DNA of 62,481 nt, counting the filler, from Collodictyon triciliatum (Eukaryota), in the NCBI GenBank assembly GCA_043381765.1. It is 6 parts of 6 records of this genome, joined end to end, with 100 filler letters (N's around TTAATTAATTAA, not from the genome) between each part and the next. Parts side by side here need not be neighbours in the genome. Positions count along the whole stretch, not along the records: positions 1 to 19,241 come from JBHJMP010000243.1; 5 more parts are not named here. One strand, 5' to 3'. The position numbers and the translations under genes are program-made. Below, piece after piece: positions 1 to 11,219 of the stretch. Every line of letters starts with the position of its first letter. Position 1 is the first letter of the stretch. The notes beneath the pieces are model-generated. The model was not told where the DNA came from. It searched no databases and saw only the letters and a program-made list of their open reading frames with translations.

Positions 1-49
1 CGTTTGCCCCCCCCTTACCAAGTTTTTTTTTTCCCCCTTTTTTTTTCCC

Positions 50-85
<36 letters not shown>

Positions 86-196
86 TCTACCTTAATGAGC
101 TTTAAAGCAAACAGAGCCACAGAACAGCCCCGGGGTCTTTCTTTTCTTTTTCTTTGATATCCCTACGACTTTTTGGAAATATAGTCAATAGTACAG

Positions 197-1290
197 AGTA
201 TGCTGACTGGGAGTTGGACGCACGAAACGGTGCTAGATTCGATCCTGCCTATGATGCTAATGCCACTAGTAATCGGTTTATTTATGCGCCAACCTCACTA
301 ACTCTTACACTTATAGCCGATTTGCCCTACTATTTTCATCTTTCCATTAAAGTCTAATCGATGAATTTATGTGTAAAACTACCTATAGTATTTTTACATA
401 GTTTAATCTTACATTCAATCGTACGAATAGATGTTTCCGGAGGCAGAAACGCTCCAGTAGATTCTCTTCCTGAGAGAGTAGCGGCCGGTTGGGCTCGCAC
501 ACCAAGCGAAACCACACTTTATCATCCGCGGCAATCCCAGAAGTCTTTTGCACCACGCTCAAAAATCATGGGCTACAACGTAACATTCATATTCGAGCAT
601 TTCTGAATCCAAATCCGTTATCATGTAATTTTTTTTGGAAACTTATACTATAAATATTTTGGGTCTAATGCACCAATATTTCATAATGCTGGATTTGTTA
701 TGAGATATGATATTGTATCGATTCCGTCTACTTCGTTTTGCGTCTTCATATGAATGCTCGCAATATTTTCATAACCTTAATGGAATAACTAAAAGGGGTA
801 CGTACCTGGAATGCGCCACACGCATGGTGTAATAAACTCTGATTACCAAAACGAAGAGTTCTTTCTTCGGAAGCACCACTTATTGACGCCCACAGAATCA
901 CCAGAAAGCGCCCGAATCCAACGTGTCTCTTCCCCCAAAGGTTAATTACCATCGACCGAGTATTTCGCCTGCCTCATTTTCATAAACCCTAACAAATCTC
1001 ACATATCAGACAGCAAACAGAGGGTTAGGACACCCCCGAGAGGAGTGACGCCGCCAAAAGCTCAGGAAAAAACGCTGCCTCGTCGCTCTCAAAGCGCAAA
1101 CTCCCAGCGCCCTTTTATCCTTCCTCCACATCTGATGGGCCAAATCCCACCTTCGACCCCGGATGCATCCAACACGTGGCTTCTCCGAAACGACGACCGA
1201 GTCGTCTACACTGTCCAGGATTACACAACAATCCCGCGCCTTTGTTCTTATGCTGGGTACCGTCCGGGCAAGAAGTTTGTTGCTGGATAA
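197..1290 (+). CDS. FAM166/CIMIP2-like PYG-repeat ciliary microtubule inner protein, 5'-partial (exons 197-268, 431-579, 796-940, 1010-1290)
   Basis: Phase-consistent GT-AG splicing rebuilds KIMGYN|GYVPGMRHTHG across an intron. The C-terminus is TIPRLCSYAGYRPGKKFVAG*. Both resemble the [IP]xGYxG[YF]xP repeat of FAM166-type proteins. Confidence 0.6.
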
Positions 1291-1769
1291 CCGAGCTTTT
1301 ATCCAAGGGCAACCTACTCCCCATTCGCTCTTCTCTCCTTTCTCTTTCTCTTAACATCCAACAGTTCGGGTCGTACATAAAAATGTGTGTCGATGAGTAT
1401 TTATTGGTCACGAACTGTCATTTTTTTCTCATGTGAAGGATGTCAAATTCATCTTCTAGTCACAGAAAGTAAGAAGCAAAAGAGGCAAGCCCGGGTGCAG
1501 AAAAAATCGTACAAGAAACAACTGGAATCATGACAACGAAGGAGATACGATGAACCATGATAAAGTAACCTAGGGAAAGGGAGAAGCAAGCTCAAATCCA
1601 GAGCTTTTGGAAAACAGAGCCTGGTAATTTGGGTACCAATATGCTTGATAGTGAATAGCTTTTTAGACCAAACTAGATGGACAAATGAATTCAACAACAT
1701 GTACTTAACTGCGCAGAGATTCCTCCAAGTGGATAGTTGCGCAAAATCAACAACAGCTGGTATTGCCTT

Positions 1770-4700
1770 TCAACTCAACGTATCTTGGGAATGGAGGATA
1801 TCATCAAAAATATGCTCGATTAAAGCTGGGTCATAGGCAGACGAGTCAAAATCCAGTCGATTTCCACCACAGGGAGTGTCGGGTCTTTCAGCTGGAACAT
1901 CGCTGTGCTCTCCAGGCAAAGGAGCAAGACTATTTTGCTCTGCAATATCGCCGATGTCTTTCTTTTTAACAGAACGATGCTCCTTTGCGAAGCCTGTTCT
2001 TTTAATCAAAACACAACGGAATGTCTGGGGCAATATCGATGTGCTAGTTTAGACATGGTTTACATTGTGCTTCATCAACATACAATCTTCTATAATTGGT
2101 CATGTCATCGTGAATTTTTCTTGAGAAAAAAAAGGAAAAAAGAAACCCTTCTGAGCATCGGTACATCAACAAGACTTTCGTCATCAGGAAGGACTGATAA
2201 ACCAAGAATGGTTGATAGCCAAGTTTTGACATCGTTAGGAGACTTGTGAGGATCGATCTGTGACATTACTCTGGAAACGAGCACGAACAAGTTATTTACT
2301 CAAGAAGCCATAATACGACAAAGAAATATAGAATTGCAAATCAATGAACAGAAATACAACAATGTCGCTTTTTACCTTATTACGTCTGCAACTTTATCCT
2401 CTTTGGACTCTTCCAGTTTGATTAATCCTTCCTAGAGACAGGGGAAAGTATCAATATCTTCAGAGCTAGATTCGAAGGCACATTTCATAATAGAGTTAAG
2501 AAGATGATAATTGCGTCATATTTTAGTGTTACCTCAATAAGCGCATTAAACTCGACGATTTCCTCTACATACTGCTTCCTTATCGACTCAAGAAACAAGC
2601 ATGCACTCCCTTCTTTTTCTTCATCAAAGAGCTGACGTATTATTTTACAATCTAAGTGACACTACGTAACAAAAATATTTCCGACACATTGGCATAAAAT
2701 GATAGGAGTATCCTTGAATGATAAACCTTATTATAGCTGATGACTGCATTTGGTTGCTCTTGAAGTAAGCTCTAGTATGTTAAGTGATACAGAATCATTT
2801 GTGCTTAGTTTGTTTTCTTTTATTTTAGAATGTATTCACAGCCATATTTAAGGTTACCCCTCGGATGATGTTTAGTTTTTCAGGCGATTTAACAGAGAAA
2901 ACTCTGAATAAATTTTTATGTTAAAATTCTATAAATCTTAATTTTACATTACAATCGCATTTTGAGATTAATATATTACTAGAATATCTTGCATAAACCA
3001 TAAAGAAAAGATTTATTTCATCTTAATGGTTAAGATATCTTAGATCAGCGGAAAGGCGAAACAAACTTTGTAAGAGTTGCTAAAGCTTCCTTCCGTGGGA
3101 TTTTTCCTGTTTCCTTTCCATTTGTGGCCATATCAATTCTTTTGTTAAGTTTTCGTGGTGATTACTTTTGATTTATGTGTCAAATCTGGACGAAATGATA
3201 ACACAAACTGTGCATTCATAACGATGAGGAAAGTAAAAGGCAATAAAATCACTAACTTGACGAATCCTTGCCTTATGGAATCAATCAAGGAATTTATATC
3301 GTCGTGAGCCTGTTAATGAGCTTCATTTATCTTTTCTTCTTCTTTTTTTTTTGGAACAAAAAAATGGGGTAAAGTGGAAATGAGTGTACCTCTTCTGGTA
3401 TTTCACCCTGTAATATTCTCTGAAAAATATCAAACTCGCTCTCGTATTTGAATCTGCGTGAAATAGAAAGAAATTGTAAATTTTATGATTTTTTTTTGGT
3501 TTCTTTTCAACAGTTTATTGAGAGATTGTAAATTTTATGATAAACACCCAAGAGCCTTTCACGTTGAGGTCTACCATGATGGAATTTTTTTATTTTATTT
3601 TGGAATGTGGAAACAACTTTACAAGCGCATCACTTTGAATCGAATAAATGGAAAAAAAAACTTTTCAAGGGCATCTAAAATGCTGTATCCCCACTCAACA
3701 ACGACTGCGTGGAGACCATAGTGACTTTGCAAGGATTGATACAAATAATCGGGGAGTTTTCCTTTCTGAAATATTTTGATATGAAATGCAAGTATATAGC
3801 TATATCTCATCTATTGTTCATGATAATAGAGTCCTTAATGAAAGAAGACTTGTACCTTGTTTCCTCCGCTTCGTATAGATACAGCCCTTTCCTTCCAAGT
3901 ATCCTTTATTACAGTCTCCACATCCTTTTTTGAGAGTCGCTTATTTTTCACCTGTTTTATTTTCATCATTAGTTTGTTTGCCTCCCATATATTCGATTCA
4001 AAGATTTTTCATAATTGGTTTATTACCAAGATGAGGCTGTCAGATAGCAGTTTTAACCTATTTTCTTACCTTTCCGGCTATTCTAAGATACCTTGGAATC
4101 TCTGGACCGGCACCAAGTCCATTGAAAAACTTTTCTGAGTTACCAGAATCGACTGGTTCTTTATCTTTTTCAAGTCGGATGGAAGACAGAGCCTACATAA
4201 GTGACCTTAGATTATCATCTTCGAAAAGTTGAAATCCGACAAATATGTGAAAATTAATAATCATAAAAGCCAACAGTTACATAAAGATGGATAAAGTAAA
4301 TTGAACAAAGTATATAAGATAAGTAAGCTGTTTCGTAGTCGTTTTTTTTTTTTTAAAAAAAAAAATCCATAAGATTTACCTTATACTGTTCAAGTTCGTC
4401 ATTTACACGAATGAGCTCTTGTTTCAACAACGAGACCTAATGTAACAGTATTTATGCACACATTATTTCACATAAAAGTTTGTCAAGATTTAATAATCGA
4501 TACCTTTCCACATGTGGTAAGGTTGGAGCCCAAATCAACAAATTTGAACTCATAAGAATCTGGGTCGCTAAAATCGACGCATGATTATTTGGAGGATAAT
4601 TGTGTTTTGGAGCACGTAGAATATTGCATAATGCACGATAGAACCATATATAAAGCAAAGCAACATCGATAATCTCACTCAAACAATTCCCCCCAAGCGG

Positions 4701-7473
4701 GTCGCGGAGTCCTTCTCCCTATTTCCCCGCTGTAGTTCTGCTTTTCATTTTGAACGCGACTTTCTCTCTTTTTAAGCTCCTTTATGAGGTGGTTTTTGAG
4801 ACCGTCAAGTATAATATTTTCCCCCAAGGAATGACAATAGCAATGAACACATCATGCTGTCTTTTTTCTTTCTATCTTAAGGAAAAATATATAATATCAA
4901 AAAAAAAAACCTTGATTGACTTATTAAACAATGCTGTTTGAACCCGGCGAAGGTATTCGATCTGTTCCTTTGCAATACCAAGCTCATACTTGAGAGAGTT
5001 TGAGTGCCTGCGAAGCTACAGTTACAAATTAATTATTGTTACATTTTGATGGAGATATAAAAATTTCCATGGTTAATTTCGTAATTCGACATCATGTGAT
5101 TCGAAATGCATAGTATTCCTTAAACCTCTTCATGAACCTGTAAAGTCACCATCGATTCCATCTCTATTTTAATTGTAACGACCTCCTCCTAGCAAAATGT
5201 CGTTTTTTATTCAATAAATTATGTGAAAATCTAAAGTGAATTTTAAGTAAATTAGACAAGATAAATAATATAGTGAGTATTATAAAATGAATGGGATTAA
5301 CTTTCAAGAGATTCATCTTGTATATAGCATTTTTTCGGTCTTGGTCCATGGAGTTCAATTTAATGTTGTATTTCTCAACCTCTGACTGAACAGCCTCTGT
5401 AAACAAATTTAGTATTCACTTGCGAATGGTTTTTTTTTTCATGTCTTAGTTTTTTTTTTAAAAAAAAATATAAATCATGAAGGGGCATGCAACAATTATA
5501 TTCCATCGGCCATATTTTATATAGTCTTTCTTATCAACTAGGGAGTTCTTACGAGTCAAGTCCTCTTCATAATGATCCAAACTATTTCTGTACAGTACCT
5601 TGTACTTCTCGGCCTCCGATCGGACTGACTCATACTGTTAGAGCAACAAATGGATGAGTAATTTAGCTTTCAGTTTTTATGTATTACACCCCTCCCAATG
5701 TGTTAATATATGGATTTGCTATTGAGGTCACATAGGTTTTGATGACCTGCTGCTTCAAGTTTTCGACGAGTTCATCATTTCGCTGCATCATTTTCTGTTT
5801 CTTTCCTAAGGACTCTCTTAATCCTGATAATTCACGTCTAGCAGGAAATAAAATAAATATTTGCTCGATTGTAAAGGCACTCAGCTGGTGTTATTATGGC
5901 AGAGTAACATTCGCTCACGTAAACTTTAATTCAAGCTCCAGAGAGAATATACTTGACAGAGCATATAAAATGTCAAGTAATTTTTGTATTTTTAAACTAA
6001 AGAACGGTCTTTTTTTAAATTTTTTTTTGAATACAGCGTCTACTTACTCCATTTCTTCTCTCAATTGGTTATTCTCATTAGTCATTCCTTGTAGCTTTTC
6101 TTCAAGTGATTCAACAATCTGAATCAAATCGTTCCTATGAAAATATTTACTATACGCTGAATGAAATATAAATAAAAGAAAAAGAGGCAATTCCCCAAAA
6201 TGTCAGGAATATATCCTTACAATAGTCATGTATGAATGTTTTGCTCTTTGTTAAGTCACATATTTGAAATCAGAAGAAAAAATTCAGAAGAAATCAAAGA
6301 ATGAGAATGACGCGGTATACCTTTCTATTTGCAGAGCTTCGACCTGATGAATAAAAGCGGGAAATTTTTCTATATGGTAAACTTCGATTGGTTCCTGATT
6401 GAGTGATTTTGTATTGAAGATACATTTGACTGTTTCAGGAGCTAAAGCGGAAAGAATATGCTGAACTGGAGAAGGTATTGCAGAGCAATCGTCTATAATA
6501 ATCCAGTTATCAAAAGAATGTTTTTATGATAACAGGGATATGAAATGGAATCATCGGATATCTCAACGCTGAAACATATGGAAAGCAAAATCATGAAAAT
6601 ATCGCACGAAGAGAATGCTGGTAAAACAAATATATGCTTTCCAATAGTGAAAAACATGTAATTAATCGGAACAAACATAATGCGTGGCATATCGCTCGAA
6701 GGAAGTCGAGGTCAGGAGGCTGTCCTGGCGCATCTTTGGTGGTTCGATTTTGAATCATTTCCTTGGTTTTGACCTCTAGACTAATCACTAAGGGAAATCC
6801 AGAAAAAGGTTTGTTGAGCAAACTTTTTGGGATGAAGGAAAGAGAAAATAAATACATAAATACATAAATACATAAATACATAAATACATAAATAAGAAAA
6901 ACATTTGGAGCGAAAATGGTCTGGGGAAGAATTCATCCTATCCGCGGCTCTATTCCGGGGCGTTTCTTTTCTTGCATCAGACTCTATACGTGGGAGAATA
7001 ACATGGGTATGTGTTGTCTCGGTTGTGTCGAATCGCGTGTGTGACTCTAGAGGCTCCAGATGCTACAGTAAAAACTGCGTCATTAACTATCAAATAATCC
7101 TGTACGCCTTTTACTACTGCATATCATGTATAGGCATGCGTCTAATGTTCAACAAAACATGCATCTGAGAACTCCAACCAACGAGGCAATCAACACATAT
7201 CGAACTTCTTTCTGTTCTTATCGAACCAAAAACATGTTGCTGGGAAGGTACCAATGAAACAAAAAGAATGAACGCATGGCAGAGTAAGATGAAAACCTGC
7301 GCCCGAGGAGATTGGGCGAGCTTCTTTGACCGCGGCGAACGAAACGGCGGGTCGTTTGGAGGGCGCATCATTTCCACCCCTGCTGAGCGAAGCGCACTGC
7401 TGCGAATCGCCTGCGGTTGCAAACGGATCCATGGTTGTCCTGGAGAAGGGACTGTGAAGCCCAAGTCTTCCAT
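1770..7473 (-). CDS. Multi-exon coiled-coil protein of unknown function
   Basis: Start MEDLGFTVPSPGQPW (ATG 7473). Spliced exons give ISLEVKTKEMIQNR..LDFLRAICHAL|YDCSAIPSPVQHILSAL..QVEALQIER|NDLIQIVESLEEKLQGMTNENNQLREEME and further heptad-rich exons. The last exon ends ..DDILHSQDTLS* at 1770. Not all internal exons were phased. Confidence 0.6.
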
Positions 7474-7530
7474 CAACGCCGGGTTACACTGGGAAGATGT
7501 TAGAGTCTTGGAATAAAAACCTTTTTGTAA

Positions 7531-7820
7531 AAAATAAGAATAAGAATAAGAATAAGAATAAAAATAAACATAAGAATAAGAATAAAAATAAGAATAAAAA
7601 TAAGAATAAAAATAAGAATAAAAATAAGAATAAAAATAAGAATAAAAATAAAAATAAAAATAAAAATAAAAAGAAAAATAAAAAGAAAAATAAAAAGAAA
7701 AATAAAAAGAAAAATAAAAAGAAAAATAAAAAGAAAAATAAAAAGAAAAATAAAAAGAAAAATAAAAAGAAAAGGAAAAGAAAAAGAAAAAGAAAAAAAG
7801 AAAAAGAAAAAGAAAAGATA
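7531..7820. repeat. Compound A-rich microsatellite, (AATAAG/AATAAA)n grading into (AAATAAAAAGAA)n
   Basis: Directly visible. Source of the spurious KN/FY ORFs. Confidence 0.95.
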
Positions 7821-8611
7821 AAGAACTGGATGGCATATTACGTCGGTGCTGTCTTTGCCGTGGAGTGTATCCATCGCATTTTTGAATTATCAGGGCTTTG
7901 TCGAGTCATGTGTGGTTTGTCTTGGATTTATCATGGGTTAGTGTCTGCCCCCTTTCCGCAGCCCGATTCTCTGGGGTTCCTTATCTGGATTAGCATAACG
8001 AGATGGAATGCCGCCCCATTCGGATTTTCCAATTCTGTCGAAACCTTCGAGCCGGAATGCACCCCGATTGTGGATTAAGCTAATCTGGATTCATCACAAT
8101 ATGTCTGCATAGAGATTCTTTTCATTGAAACTTATCGGACAATGGTTTGTCTTTGATCGTGATTTGGTTCTGGATGGATCTTAATCAGCTCGCAACTACA
8201 CTCGGCCATTGCTCGATCGGAAAAGGCTGCGAAGTGGGACAACACGAAAGTTTGCTCTCTTGTGAAGGGCACTTGCTAAGTTGCGTTCTTTTCTCCACGG
8301 AGTTGAAAGGAAGAAAAATACATATTATGGTCAGCATCCGATCTTTGGCGTTTTAGAAGCCGTGTGAGTCTGGTCGGGCTTGGGTCTTTGGGGCTGCGAA
8401 ACCTTGTCCTTGGCCAAACTATTCACGCTTTTTTTTTTTTTTTATTGCTGGTCTTGATTCAAACACCAGAGCATTACACAGACAGAGTCATATTCTTTCC
8501 CAGAAAGCTCGTCCTCATGGCTTGCACTGAAGCACAGAAAAAATATTATGCGAGTACACATCCCCAATCGTGTCGTCTTTGCCTTTTATGAAACTGAACC
8601 CCACAAAATAC

Positions 8612-8860
8612 AGAAAGAAAAGAAAAAAGAAAAAAAGAAAAAAAGAAAGAAAAAAAGAAAAAAAGAAAGAAAAAAAGAAAAAAAGAAAAAAAGAAAAAAA
8701 GAAAAAAAGAAAAAAAGAAAAAAAGAAAAAAAGAAAAAAAGAAAGAAGAAAAGAAAGAAGAAAAGAAAGAAGAAAAGAAAGAAGAAAAGAAAGAAGAAAA
8801 GAAAGAAGAAAAGAAAGAAGAAAAGAAAGAAGAAAAGAAAAAAGAAAAAAAGAAAAAAAA
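8612..8860. repeat. Purine-only A/G microsatellite upstream of UNC119
   Basis: (AAGAAAAGAAAG)n and related units. Confidence 0.95.
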
Positions 8861-8934
8861 CTCACACATTTCAATCACCCGCCTCACTCACCATTCCCGT
8901 TCAACCACCTGTCAGACTCAAAACACCCCCAAGC

Positions 8935-10182
8935 ATGTCGGTAACTCCAGCAGACGTCCTCAAATTCAAGGAGCCCACTTCAGGTACGCGCCCCGTTTCT
9001 AGCGACTCAGCCTCCACTCGCCTTCTGCCTCTGCATCCACGCCCCATAACAACCTTCCTTTGCAACGCGACGTCACGACACTCCAGAATATCCACACTCA
9101 TGCACACACACACACACACACCCAACTACTCAGGATATCTGTGCCCGCTCACCGCAAACACCTACGGCATCGAATTCGTCGCCTTCAAGATTCGCGACCT
9201 TGACAGCAAACAAGTTATCTTTGAGGTCAGCCGCGACCCGGCCGACATGCCCGTCCCCGGTGTTGTCCAAGCCCCGCTCGATCCCGAGGACGATAGTGTC
9301 CGCTTCATCCGCTACGACTTCAGCGAAGAGTTTCTGCGACTCAAGACCATAGGAACCACGTGAGCTTCGTCTGCCTAGTGTTCTTTGCCTGTCATCTTTC
9401 GTTCTCTCTCCTTTGCCATTGTTGATATGAGATTATCGGTATATTATCAATTCTTTTCTATGGGTTCATTTTTTTTATCTTATTTCTCTTCTGTCTCCTT
9501 TCCAATTTCTTCTCCCAATCTGCCACTTGTAAAGGCTCATCCCATATGGACATTCTCCACCTATTCATCCCACACATTGAACGCCACAATCTATTGTCTG
9601 CCAACCAATCAATATTGATGATCTTGATTGCGCAGCAGCAGACTTACCTTATTCACCTCTGCATATTATATTGAATCGGGTTGTATCATCCGATACACAA
9701 CCAACACAAGGTAGTCGACCATAACTCCACTTTTCCCATGCAACAGACTCACTTTTTGCGTCGGCCCCAACGAAGTGCCCAACTTCCGCATGATCGAGCG
9801 CCACTATTTCAAGCGCAAGCTGATCAAGAGCTTCGACTTCACCTTCGGCTTCTGCATCCCAAACTCCACAAACACATGGGAAACCATCTACAACCTGCCA
9901 AAGCTCACCGCGCCCGAAGGTTAGACAGCATCCCACACATGCATACGCCATCAGCTCTATCTCTTTGCCCGTGTTTTCTTTTCTCTCTCTTCATTTCGAG
10001 AACTGCGCCATATTTTGCAAATCGCCTTTATTTCAAAGCGTAATCCTTTAAACTCACAACACCCGCACGCTTCAGTGAAGGCCATTGTCGACAATCCCTA
10101 CGAGACCCGCTCAGACAGCTTCTACTTTGTCGGAGACGAACTCATCATGCACAACAAGGCTGAGTACGCCTACATTGAATAA
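8935..10182 (+). CDS. UNC119: UNC119 (myristoyl-cargo ciliary trafficking chaperone, GMP_PDE_delta family); exons 8935-8983, 9134-9359, 9747-9919, 10076-10182
   Basis: Complete spliced ORF with [73 protein letters not shown] and [23 protein letters not shown]. Confidence 0.96.
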
Positions 10183-10439
10183 ACCGATTTCTTCCTGATT
10201 CGCCGCCCGCGCCCTGCGCCGATGCCGATTGACGGACTTTGAGCACGCGAATGGATCTCATGGGGTTTGGTCATCACCTCGCTTTCTCTTTTTCTCTTTC
10301 TCTACAACCTTTTCCTCTCCCATAAACAAAAAACTGCAAAGAAGCAAAGAAGGAAAAAAGGAAAAAAAGGAAAAAAAAGAGACAAAAACAAGTGGATAAT
10401 CCAAAGAGGGTATTGGACCGCCAGAAACGAATGCGCCTT

Positions 10440-11184
10440 TTATTTGCGGGGCTTGCCTGGGCGCTTCTTGGGCGACTTCGCTGGGGACTGTTTGTGCTTC
10501 TTCTGGGGCGGCCCTGCGTTGTTGTTGTTGTTGTTTTTTTGGAGGGGTTTCATGCGTATGTGTTGGTGTTGAGTCGCAAGAGTTTTGGCTTTCGATGCGG
10601 GCGAAAGGGTAAGAGAAGAATGGTAAACAATACAGACCTGCACTCTTCGCAGGCGACTGGCTTGGCCTCTGCTTCTGCTTTTGTTGCTGCTTTTGTTGCG
10701 GTTCCGCGACCTGTTTCTTTGCAGTCGCAGGGGTTTCAGCTTCGCTACTGTTGTCGCTGCTTCCGTCATCTGTGTTTCCGGCTGCGTCGGCCTCTTCGTC
10801 GTTCTGGTTGCTGTTATCCTCTTCCTCAGCCTGCATGGAACAAGAAATGATGAGAGTCTACGACGAGACGTGAGGTGTGATTTCAGAATAGAGAAAATGA
10901 CACGATGGTGGATAAGCAATATAGATATATCCCCCCCTTTTTTTTTTTTTTTGCATGGTTTGTGTATGTACGGCAGACATCTAGTAATACAAAAAAACAA
11001 AAAAAACAAAAAAAACAAAAAAAACAAAAAAAAACAAAAAAAAACAAAAAAAACAAAAAAAACAAAAAAAACAAAAAAAACAAANNNNNNNNNNNNNNNN
11101 NNNNNNNNNNNNNNNNNNNNNNNNNNNNNNNNNNNNNNNNNNNNNNNNNNNNNNNNNNNNNNNNNNNNNNNNNNNNNNNNNNNN

Positions 11185-11219
<35 letters not shown>

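Noticed and set aside
7114..9363. Long K/R/N- and F/Y/S-rich ORFs in the ORF track, and similar ones across the window
   Set aside because: They are stop-free translations of microsatellites or N runs, not genes.
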